Under the pieces are notes generated by a model that saw nothing but the letters and a program-made list of their open reading frames with translations, was not told the origin of the DNA and did not search any database. From a virus (Duplodnaviria; Caudoviricetes), in IMG/VR virus record IMGVR_UViG_3300011439_000026, positions 1 to 44,690 of that record: 44,690 bases of DNA. The stretch is one strand, 5' to 3'. Positions 37,194-44,690 of the stretch are shown piece by piece. The translations under genes and the position numbers were made by a program. Position 1 is the first letter of the stretch, and each line of letters opens with the position of its first letter.

Positions 37194-37404
37194 GGGCGAG
37201 GGCGGCGGGCGCTTCACGTGCCACGGCAAGTGCTGGCCGGCGGCATTGAACTTGGCACGGCAGCACAATCGCGAGGTGTTGGTGCGGTACCAGGGGCCCA
37301 AGCGGCCGGGCAACCGCAGCCGCATGCGTAGCGACTTTGTGGCGCGGCCCAACGGGGACATCGACTGCTCCATTGACCCCACGTGGTGGTTGCATGGCAA
37401 GTAA
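37174..37404 (+). CDS. hypothetical protein
   Basis: GGAGG RBS, ATG 37174, overlaps both neighbours. Confidence 0.55.
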   Translation: MATWVIEGEGGGRFTCHGKCWPAALNLARQHNREVLVRYQGPKRPGNRSRMRSDFVARPNGDIDCSIDPTWWLHGK

Positions 37405-38329
37405 CAACGGCAAGCCCACGCTGCGCATCTGCCTTCCCCCGGGCCTGGGCGACATCCATTGGGTGGCCTGCAAGCTTGAGGCGTTCCTGGCCGCGCACGG
37501 TGCCACCACCGCCGATGCCTGGATATGGGACGTGGGCGGCCCGCGCCGCTCGGCCGAGTTTGTGTACCGCATGCCGTTTTTGCGGTTCATGGACTACCGG
37601 CCCATGGCCTTTGAGGCCGCCGATTACAACGCGCTGTGCTGGGGCAACGAGCAAACCAGCATCGCCAACAAGTACGGGTTTGACTTTGTGCTGGCCGTGA
37701 ACGGCTGGATGGAGCACGGCAAACCGCTCGCCGACGCCATGGGTGGCGCCGCAATCAACTGGGACTACACCATCAATCAGTTGCCCGACGAGCTTGCGTA
37801 CATGGCCGAGCAACAGGCCAGGGGGCCGTGGATGCTGCTCTACTTTTCCGAGGTCGCGCAGTTTGGGACCTGGACGCGGTATTGCAACGAGCACAACATC
37901 CGCCGGCTGGCCGACCTGCTCAAGGTGCGGTTCCCCAACCATCGGTTGATCTTTGTGGGGTTGCCGTGGGACCAACCCTTGATGGACCGGGCTACATCGC
38001 CGCACGTCGAAAACCTGGCCGGCAAGACGCATCCATCGCAGTACTTTGCCCTGCTGCGTGGGGCCGACGCCATGATCGGCTTTGCCAACGGCAACACCAT
38101 CTTGACCAGCCACTGGGGTGTGCCGACCGTGATGATTTGGAACCGCGAGCGTTACCCCAACATGGGGTTCCGCACCAATTGGGTGCGGCCCGGGGCGCCA
38201 TACTGCCCGTTCGAAATCGAGCACTGGAATGAGCAGCACATCGTGGACGCCATTGCCAACCTGATGCAGGCCAAGGAGGGCCACGCGCATGCAGCAGCCG
38301 GCGATACTGCCATCGCCCCCACCGTTTGA
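37394..38329 (+). CDS. second GT9-like glycosyltransferase
   Basis: PPGLGDIHW, ENLAGKT, LLRGADAMIGFANGNTILTSHWGVPTV. Confidence 0.8.
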   Translation: MASNNGKPTLRICLPPGLGDIHWVACKLEAFLAAHGATTADAWIWDVGGPRRSAEFVYRMPFLRFMDYRPMAFEAADYNALCWGNEQTSIANKYGFDFVLAVNGWMEHGKPLADAMGGAAINWDYTINQLPDELAYMAEQQARGPWMLLYFSEVAQFGTWTRYCNEHNIRRLADLLKVRFPNHRLIFVGLPWDQPLMDRATSPHVENLAGKTHPSQYFALLRGADAMIGFANGNTILTSHWGVPTVMIWNRERYPNMGFRTNWVRPGAPYCPFEIEHWNEQHIVDAIANLMQAKEGHAHAAAGDTAIAPTV

Positions 38330-38945
38330 CCTCCTGGTGTGGGACGACAACCAGGGAATTGGCTATTGCCCGACGCGGCCAGCGCTTGACCTTTACACCG
38401 AGGCGTATTGGGACGAGTACGTGCAGCGGGCCGACACCCCCATGGGGCGGGCACTGACCGCCGCCCGCTGCGCGCTGGTGCAAAAGCACATCGGCGATGC
38501 CACCCTGGTGGACATTGGCATCGGCAGCGGGCAGTTTGTTGCCACGCGCGGCGGGGAAACCTATGGGCACGATGTCAACCCGCGCGCGTTTGCTTGGCTG
38601 AGTGCACGGGGCCTGTGGCGGGACGAGGCCGAACTGGCCGAGGAGTCGCCCAACCTGTGCTATTGGGATTCGCTTGAGCACATTGACGACCCCCGGCGCT
38701 TGTTGCGCGCGTGCCGCGGGCACGTGTTTGTGTCGATGCCGATATATGCCCACCGGCGCGCGGTCATTGAGTCAAAGCATTTCAAGCCGGGCGAGCACCT
38801 GTGGTACTTCACGTGGCGGGGTTTGGTGGGGTTGGCCTACACGTTGGGGTTTGTGCTGGTGGAGGAAAACACGATGGAGGAGGACCTGGGGCGCGAGGGC
38901 ATCACCACGTTTGTGTTCCGGCGCAAGGGCATCCGCAGTGGCTGA
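38289..38945 (+). CDS. class I SAM-dependent methyltransferase
   Basis: LVDIGIGSGQF, WDSLEHIDDP, EHLWYF. Confidence 0.85.
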   Translation: MQQPAILPSPPPFDLLVWDDNQGIGYCPTRPALDLYTEAYWDEYVQRADTPMGRALTAARCALVQKHIGDATLVDIGIGSGQFVATRGGETYGHDVNPRAFAWLSARGLWRDEAELAEESPNLCYWDSLEHIDDPRRLLRACRGHVFVSMPIYAHRRAVIESKHFKPGEHLWYFTWRGLVGLAYTLGFVLVEENTMEEDLGREGITTFVFRRKGIRSG

Positions 38946-39915
38946 ATTGGCCGCCGCCGTGGCGGTGCCGCAGGGCCACGGCATGGAGCGCATCCGCTAC
39001 GGGCCTGATGGCTTAGCCTACCCGCGCGTGGTGCAGCTTGAAATCACCAGCCACTGCAATGCCGTTTGCTTTTTTTGCGCGCACACGTGGAGCACCAGGG
39101 CCGAGCAGCACATGCCGGCCGCGCTGTTCCGCAGCCTGGTGGACGAAATGGCCGCATGGGCCGTGGCTGTGCAGGAGGTGTACGTCATGGGCCTGGGCGA
39201 GCCCTTGCTGCACCCCGACTGGCGAGCACTGTATGCCTACGCTGCGCCGCGGGTGCCCGCGGCACTGACCACCAACTGTAGCCTGCTGGACACGGCGAGC
39301 ATTGAGCACCTGCTGGGGTTGCCGTTCTACGAGGTGGCGTTTTCGCTCGACACGTTGCACCCGGGCCGGCACCGCAGCATCCGCGGGTTTGAGGTGGAGC
39401 GCGTGGCGCCCAAAATCACCCAGGTGCTTGACCATCTGCGGCGGCAACCCACCAGCACGCGAATCATTGTGGCTACCACGCTGACGCACCAAACGGTGGG
39501 CGACATGCAGCCCCTTTACGATTGGTTGGTGCCGCAGCTTGAGGGAGTGCCCCAGGCCAGTTGGATTGTGAAGCAAGTCGGTGCCTTCCCCGACATCAAG
39601 GGCGTGCTGCCACCCATGACGTTGACCGCGAGCGTGGCGTTGCCGCCCCACCCGCAGGTGCACGTAGCCATGGACGAGGCCAGCCTGCGCCCCCACTGCG
39701 CGCTGTGGTATGACCGCATCAATATCCTCAGCAACGGGGCCGCGGTGCCCTGCTGCCACCAGGCGCACGACCACAACCGCATTGGCAATGCAGCCGCCAC
39801 CCCACTGCTGGCGCTGTTCAACAGCCCCGCCTGGCGCGATAGCCAGGTGCGCTTTGCCCAGCGCGAGGCCCCGGGCGGGTGGGACACGATCCCCTACTGC
39901 AAGGACTGCCGTTGA
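38938..39915 (+). CDS. radical SAM protein with SPASM/twitch domain
   Basis: CNAVCFFC (CxxxCxxC), GLGEPLLHP, TTN, C..W...NGAAVPCC...IGN...CKDC. Confidence 0.9.
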   Translation: MAELAAAVAVPQGHGMERIRYGPDGLAYPRVVQLEITSHCNAVCFFCAHTWSTRAEQHMPAALFRSLVDEMAAWAVAVQEVYVMGLGEPLLHPDWRALYAYAAPRVPAALTTNCSLLDTASIEHLLGLPFYEVAFSLDTLHPGRHRSIRGFEVERVAPKITQVLDHLRRQPTSTRIIVATTLTHQTVGDMQPLYDWLVPQLEGVPQASWIVKQVGAFPDIKGVLPPMTLTASVALPPHPQVHVAMDEASLRPHCALWYDRINILSNGAAVPCCHQAHDHNRIGNAAATPLLALFNSPAWRDSQVRFAQREAPGGWDTIPYCKDCR

Positions 39916-40445
39916 CAACGCCGCTGTGGCACGAAACCACCAAGGTGCGCGACCGCGTGTTGCCATACCTGGTGGGGCGTGGGGCGGATCTGGGGCCGGG
40001 GGGCCTGGGAGAGCCCGTGGACAAGATCACGCCCGGTGCCATTGGCGTGGACCTGGCCCCCGGCAGTGACGTGGTGCACGACCTGAACAACCCGCTGCCG
40101 TTCAAGGCGGGTGAGCTTGACTGGGTGTGGTCAAGCCACTGCCTTGAGCACCTGCACAATTGGACGCTGGCGTTGGTGGACTGGTGGCGTGTGCTGCGCG
40201 TGGGTGGCGTGCTGGGCCTTTACCTGCCGCACGAGGACTACTACGACAACGCTTGGAACCATGACCACAAGCACTACCTGAACGAGCGCCAGGTGAGCAC
40301 GTGGCTGCGTGATTACCTGGGTGCCGAAATCCTCGTGTGCGAGTTGGATGTGGACGATGTGCCCCTGCGTGAACGGCCCGAGCGCCACGTGCAAACCGAG
40401 CGCTACTCGTTCCTGGTGGTTGCCCGCAAGTCTGGGGTGGCATGA
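39912..40445 (+). CDS. SAM-dependent methyltransferase (type 11-like)
   Basis: GADLGPG, LPFKAGELDWVWSSHCLEH, WWRVLRVGG. Confidence 0.85.
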   Translation: MTTPLWHETTKVRDRVLPYLVGRGADLGPGGLGEPVDKITPGAIGVDLAPGSDVVHDLNNPLPFKAGELDWVWSSHCLEHLHNWTLALVDWWRVLRVGGVLGLYLPHEDYYDNAWNHDHKHYLNERQVSTWLRDYLGAEILVCELDVDDVPLRERPERHVQTERYSFLVVARKSGVA

Positions 40446-40448
40446 ACG

Positions 40449-40802
40449 ATGGCATTAGTGCCCGACCCGAACCGGATCACGCTGCGGGAATACATGGACA
40501 TGCGCTTTACAAACCTTTCGCAACACCTAGAATTGCGCGAAAAGGAAAACCAGCGGGAGCAGGAAAAGACGTTGGCCGCTAACCTGCGCGCTATGGAGAT
40601 CGCGTCTGATGAGCTTGGGCGGCGCCTCGGCATCCTGAACGGCCACCAGGAGGAACTGCGCCGGGACCGTGACCGCTTCGTAACAGTCGATGTATTCACG
40701 ATCACGACCACGGAGCAGGACAAGCGCGTGCGCGCCCTGGAAAAAACTGTGTGGGGCGCCATGGCGGCGATCGGCGTGGTGTGGCTGCTCTTTAAGTTGT
40801 GA
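40449..40802 (+). CDS. coiled-coil protein with C-terminal TM (lysis-cassette type)
   Basis: Charged coiled coil followed by VWGAMAAIGVVWLLFKL. Confidence 0.65.
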   Translation: MALVPDPNRITLREYMDMRFTNLSQHLELREKENQREQEKTLAANLRAMEIASDELGRRLGILNGHQEELRRDRDRFVTVDVFTITTTEQDKRVRALEKTVWGAMAAIGVVWLLFKL

Positions 40803-40817
40803 CGGGAAGGAGCGTCC

Positions 40818-41309
40818 ATGGGAGGGTTTTTCGGCCGGCGTAAGCCCGATCTTTCGCAGGTGGTCGATGCGCTCGAACGCATCGCCGATGCCCTGTGGAA
40901 GATTGTTAGGAAAATGGAGCAGGGTCCAGCCCCCGCAAGGGGCGGATTCAACTTCACGGTTGGGGCACCTGAGCCCAAGGAGGATACGAAAGTGGCACTT
41001 ACAGTGCAGTCAACGAACCGAGAGAAGATTCCAATCACTTTGACCCCTAACGAGCCCGTCGATGGCGACGTTCGCATCTCCGTCGAATCCGGGGACGGGA
41101 CTCTCTTGCCCGATCCCGGCGGCGACCCTACGAAATACTCCCTGGTTTCTCCGGACACGCCAGGTCCGGCGGTGACGACCTACCATGTTGAGGCCGATGC
41201 GGACCGGACCGAGGGCGTGGTGCTCATTACCGAAACCATCGTTTACACGACGGATAGCGCCATGGCGACGACGATCGGCGTCACCTTCGGTGCGCCCGAG
41301 CCCAAGTAA
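40818..41309 (+). CDS. hypothetical protein with beta-rich C-domain and possible internal start 40993
   Basis: AAGGAG RBS; second AAGGAGG before in-frame GTG 40993. Confidence 0.7.
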   Translation: MGGFFGRRKPDLSQVVDALERIADALWKIVRKMEQGPAPARGGFNFTVGAPEPKEDTKVALTVQSTNREKIPITLTPNEPVDGDVRISVESGDGTLLPDPGGDPTKYSLVSPDTPGPAVTTYHVEADADRTEGVVLITETIVYTTDSAMATTIGVTFGAPEPK

Positions 41310-41315
41310 TCGCGG

Positions 41316-41349
41316 CCCCTGCTGCCGGGTCCTCACCCGGCAGCAGGGG
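41316..41349 (+). terminator. 15-bp perfect hairpin
   Basis: CCCCTGCTGCCGGGT-CCTC-ACCCGGCAGCAGGGG; no U-tract. Confidence 0.6.
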
Positions 41350-41376
41350 AGCCATGGCGGCAACCCGGAGGACCTG

Positions 41377-41886
41377 ATGAGTGAGCATATCCCGCAATGG
41401 CTGCTGGCGTTCTTTGTCGCCGGCAGTCCGGTGCAGGAGTTCCTAAACCGCTGGATCCCCGAGCGGTTCCGCCCCGTCATCCTGTGGGTGGTGGCGGCGG
41501 GAATCGTGGCCGTTGCGGTGGTTTCCACCCCGCTCGGCTGGGCGGATCTTTTGCCGCAGATCACGCTCGTCTATGCGGCACTGGCATCCGGCTGGGCCAT
41601 GTCGCAGGTGATCGCCCCGCCCTTGCCGGCGGGAGTCGCTGCGGCACGAGCGGTCCTGATCGTTGGCGTCCTTGCCGGGCTCGCGATCTTCTTGCCGGGG
41701 ATCGTCGCGGCGCAGTGGGACTCGGTTACGGCGGAGACGCCGGTCGCGCTCGCCGACCCCGCCACCGGCGCGGGGACGGCGGAGAACATCGTTCGGTTCG
41801 TGTGGGCGCAGTTGTCGGCGTTCATTGGCGCGTCGTTCGTTCGGTGGCTGGGCAGGAAGCGCCCCGGCTCGCTCCGAAACAAATAG
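41377..41886 (+). CDS. multi-TM membrane protein (holin candidate)
   Basis: GGAGG RBS, ATG 41377; several hydrophobic segments and a basic C-terminus. Confidence 0.65.
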   Translation: MSEHIPQWLLAFFVAGSPVQEFLNRWIPERFRPVILWVVAAGIVAVAVVSTPLGWADLLPQITLVYAALASGWAMSQVIAPPLPAGVAAARAVLIVGVLAGLAIFLPGIVAAQWDSVTAETPVALADPATGAGTAENIVRFVWAQLSAFIGASFVRWLGRKRPGSLRNK

Positions 41887-41896
41887 GGAGGCCCGA

Positions 41897-42487
41897 ATGC
41901 TAAAGCGACTCATGTTGGTGGTGGCCATGGCCGGCCTGCTGGTGGCCGGTGGCGCCACCGCCCAGGAGCAGGGCAAGGAACGGCACGACCACGGCCATGG
42001 GCAACAGGGGGAAGCCACGGCCGACGCGCGTGGCGAGGGGTATGGGGTGTTGGGGTTGACCGTGCGGCCCTATGCCCACGTGCTCGCACAGCGGCCATCG
42101 GGCCCCGATGACTGGTCCATGGGGCTTGGCGGGGGTGCCAAAATCGAGTGGCAGCCCATCTGGGGTGCCGTCGAATACACGTTCCACGACGTGCTCGATG
42201 ACTGGGACACGTTCCCCTATGACGGCACGTTCACGGCCAAGCTGGGTGTTTACAAGGCGCCCGCCAAGGATGCGCGTGTGGTCGCGAGCCCACACGCCGC
42301 GTTCATCATTGCGCGCCCCACTGGCCCCGATGATTGGTCACCGGGTTTTGAGGCAGGGGTGGAGTTCATCCTGGACCCGATTTACCTGGGCCTTGACTAC
42401 ACGCTGCGCGACATTTTCCTGGGTAAGAACGACGAGGTGTACGACTGGGATAGCGAGCTTGCGCTGGGGCTCGGGGTGTACTTCTAA
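41897..42487 (+). CDS. outer-membrane beta-barrel protein
   Basis: Signal peptide MLKRLMLVVAMAGLLVAGGATA, amphipathic strands, C-terminal LALGLGVYF beta-signal. Confidence 0.75.
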   Translation: MLKRLMLVVAMAGLLVAGGATAQEQGKERHDHGHGQQGEATADARGEGYGVLGLTVRPYAHVLAQRPSGPDDWSMGLGGGAKIEWQPIWGAVEYTFHDVLDDWDTFPYDGTFTAKLGVYKAPAKDARVVASPHAAFIIARPTGPDDWSPGFEAGVEFILDPIYLGLDYTLRDIFLGKNDEVYDWDSELALGLGVYF

Positions 42488-42650
42488 CGGCAGATCGGGG
42501 CTCCCGGGGTTTGGGACTGACAGCCGGCGACGTTTACCTTGTCTCCTCGCGGTGGGGATTTAAAGGCGGGTGCGCAATGTGGAGCGAACCTGTTTACGTT
42601 TGCCCGGACCTGGCCCGGCCCCGGGAACCTTACATGAAAGGGGGTGCACT

Positions 42651-43523
42651 TTGATCCTGCGCCACTGGGATGCGACGTACACCGAGCAGCGGATTGACCA
42701 ACTGCCGCGTTACGATGGGTTTGTGTTCACCAACGAGGGCCACGGGCACGACGCCATCGCCAAGCGCAAGATGGCCGAAGGCAAACGCGGCTGGTCCTAT
42801 TTCAACGTGCTCACGGCGCCACCGCCCGAGTGGCCAAGCCCCATGCCGCCATACTTGCAGTTTGTGCGCGACGTGTGCCCGGTGTTGCGGCACCCGCAAA
42901 CCGGCGAGCCAATCAAGTCGTGGGCCGGTGGCCGTGAGCTTATCTCGTGGCCACAGATGGACTCGGGCAAGCTGTTAGCCATGGCCACGGTCATTCGCCA
43001 GGTCACGCGGTCACTCGACGCCGAGCTACCACCGCCGCCCCCGGCGCTTGGCGCACCAGCCGATGCAGGTGGCCAGCCCACCGTCGCAGTCGGGTGTTTT
43101 GGTGCCTTCCTTGACTTGGCCTTTGAGTGGTACTACGACTGGATGATGCCGGCGGCGGATTACCGAGCGTTCACCGCCGACTTTTGGAATGCCGGGCACC
43201 GGCGGTTCAATCGGTTCATGAAAATCCTGGCCGGCATGGGTGTGCGCACCATGGCCAACGGGGGCCGCGAAAACGCAGGGGACATGTACTTTGAGCATGC
43301 GCAGCGCACTTGGACCCGCGACTTGGCGCTGTGGGTTGGCAACCCGGGAGCCAGTGGTTACGACGAGCCGGAGCACGTGCTGTCGGTGGAGGCGGCGGAC
43401 GAGGAGTACGTAGACAAGGTCATACAGGTGCACCGCCAATACCCGGCCAAATGGATTGCCTTCTCGACGTTGTCCACGCCACTTGCCGAGGACATCGCTT
43501 ACCAGCTTGCCGCCGCGGCATAA
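42651..43523 (+). CDS. putative glycoside-hydrolase-like TIM barrel, paralog of the C-domain of 26122-27594
   Basis: GAAAGGGGGT RBS before TTG 42651; GAFLDLAF, MANGG, YFEH. Confidence 0.6.
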   Translation: MILRHWDATYTEQRIDQLPRYDGFVFTNEGHGHDAIAKRKMAEGKRGWSYFNVLTAPPPEWPSPMPPYLQFVRDVCPVLRHPQTGEPIKSWAGGRELISWPQMDSGKLLAMATVIRQVTRSLDAELPPPPPALGAPADAGGQPTVAVGCFGAFLDLAFEWYYDWMMPAADYRAFTADFWNAGHRRFNRFMKILAGMGVRTMANGGRENAGDMYFEHAQRTWTRDLALWVGNPGASGYDEPEHVLSVEAADEEYVDKVIQVHRQYPAKWIAFSTLSTPLAEDIAYQLAAAA

Positions 43524-43532
43524 GGGGGACCC

Positions 43533-44384
43533 ATGGTTTTCAAACCCATCACGCTCGGCGCGTTTGCCGAGTTCCAAGCGTGCATCGCCAAGGACCACGA
43601 CGGGCACACGCTTTCGCCGGCTGACCAGGAAATCGTGTCAGCCTGTTTCCAAGACACATTCACCGAGGGCGACGAGGGGCCGGTGCCCCCGGAGCCGCCC
43701 CCACTTGGTCCACCGGCTGGCACCGTCGTGTACCAGTCCGACTTTTCGGGCGCCGACCCGTTCAAGGGCTGGTACAGCCGCCGCCCGGGTAACGTGACCA
43801 TCCAAACCGAGGGTAGCAACAAGTTCTGCCGCTTGAGGTGGAACCCACACACGGACACACGCATCAGCTACCTGCCACGGTTCCAGGGGCTGTTCAAGTG
43901 CCGGGTGGAGTTCGGGCTGCGCCTGCCGGCGGGGTTCAGCTTCCCATCGGGCGGTGGCAAACACGTGTGGATGATCCAGTCGTGCAACCAACACGCTGGC
44001 GAAAACTTGCTTGAGGACGGCATCACGCGGCTGGACTTCGGCACCTGGGAGCCCTACAAGCACTGGCAGGCGATCAACTACCGATGCGAGCCTGGGGGCA
44101 GCTACCACACCGGCGCGCACAAACACTTTTACGACTTCACGCTGACCCCTGGGCGCTGGCACCAGATTCGGCTGGACGTGCGGCTCAATTCGGGCAAGGG
44201 CGACGACTCGGGCCACATGGTGCTTTCCAAGGATGGGAATATCGCGGGCGAGCTACGCGGCGAGTTCAACATCATGGGGCCCAAAGGCGGCATGCGGGTG
44301 CTGGGCTTTGGCAACATGGACGGGATCGTGGCGAACGGGAGCGACTACTTCGACGTGGACAACATCCGGGTGGCGGCACTGTAG
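43533..44384 (+). CDS. polysaccharide lyase-like jelly-roll protein
   Basis: YQSDFS, FSFPSGGGKH, GRWHQIRLDVRLNS, DG, FDVDNIRV. Confidence 0.6.
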   Translation: MVFKPITLGAFAEFQACIAKDHDGHTLSPADQEIVSACFQDTFTEGDEGPVPPEPPPLGPPAGTVVYQSDFSGADPFKGWYSRRPGNVTIQTEGSNKFCRLRWNPHTDTRISYLPRFQGLFKCRVEFGLRLPAGFSFPSGGGKHVWMIQSCNQHAGENLLEDGITRLDFGTWEPYKHWQAINYRCEPGGSYHTGAHKHFYDFTLTPGRWHQIRLDVRLNSGKGDDSGHMVLSKDGNIAGELRGEFNIMGPKGGMRVLGFGNMDGIVANGSDYFDVDNIRVAAL

Positions 44385-44405
44385 GCAGCATGGGGGGGGG
44401 TCAGG

Positions 44406-44648
44406 TCATGGCTCCCCCTCCTCCTTTGGCTCCGGCCGGGCGACGACGTGCCAGGGGAGCGGCTTCGATGCTGCGATCGCGCGGTTGTGCGCACTGACCG
44501 AGGCATACTTGACGCGATCTTCGTACACCACGCGCTCGATCTCGTCGGCGGCGATGCGGGCGAATGCATCCCAATCGCCGGGGCGCAGGCGGTCCATGTG
44601 GTCGAACCGCTTTGCCAGCCGCTTCTCGGCGTCCTCGCGCGGGGTCAT
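44406..44648 (-). CDS. hypothetical protein, last gene of a convergent block
   Basis: 80 aa with GGAG-like RBS on the - strand; marks the switch in transcription direction. Confidence 0.6.
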   Translation of the reverse strand: MTPREDAEKRLAKRFDHMDRLRPGDWDAFARIAADEIERVVYEDRVKYASVSAHNRAIAASKPLPWHVVARPEPKEEGEP

Positions 44649-44690
44649 GGCTTCTCCGCGCAGTACTCACGCGCCGCCTGGCAGGCGGGG

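Noticed and set aside
1-44690. tRNA, rRNA, integrase/att sites, transposase, reverse transcriptase
   Set aside because: None recognised by eye; replication and lysogeny modules presumably lie outside the window.

Overview
This window is most of a high-GC tailed phage (siphovirus-like) genome, with nearly all genes on the + strand. From left to right it holds a short accessory cluster (371-2919), terminase small and large subunits, a ParB-like plus TET/JBP dioxygenase pair, portal, Mu gpF-like minor head protein, XkdF-like protease, scaffold, XkdG-like major capsid, neck and tail genes (two tail-tube paralogs, a chaperone with a -1 slippery site, tape measure), a glycan-modification cluster (GT9-like, two SAM methyltransferases, radical SAM), lysis/membrane genes, an outer-membrane beta-barrel implying a diderm host, and carbohydrate-active enzymes. 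The standout is a lone Cas7/RAMP-like gene (2152-2919, G-rich loop GLGANRSQGQGKF) with no other cas genes. It is followed by a long hairpin and a ~1.7 kb apparently non-coding array of about 55 units, each an 8-nt anchor (NNN-RYGAC) plus usually 4-6 pentamers NN-NCC (GGN-NN on the - strand). A second GGC-NN pentamer tract lies at 21-160 in the opposite orientation. This is not a CRISPR array. It looks like a phage RNA-guided system with a non-contiguous dinucleotide code, resembling the VIPR-type systems I recall from recent reports, but with a segmented, handle-bearing architecture. All protein calls come from motif recognition by eye; no searches were run.
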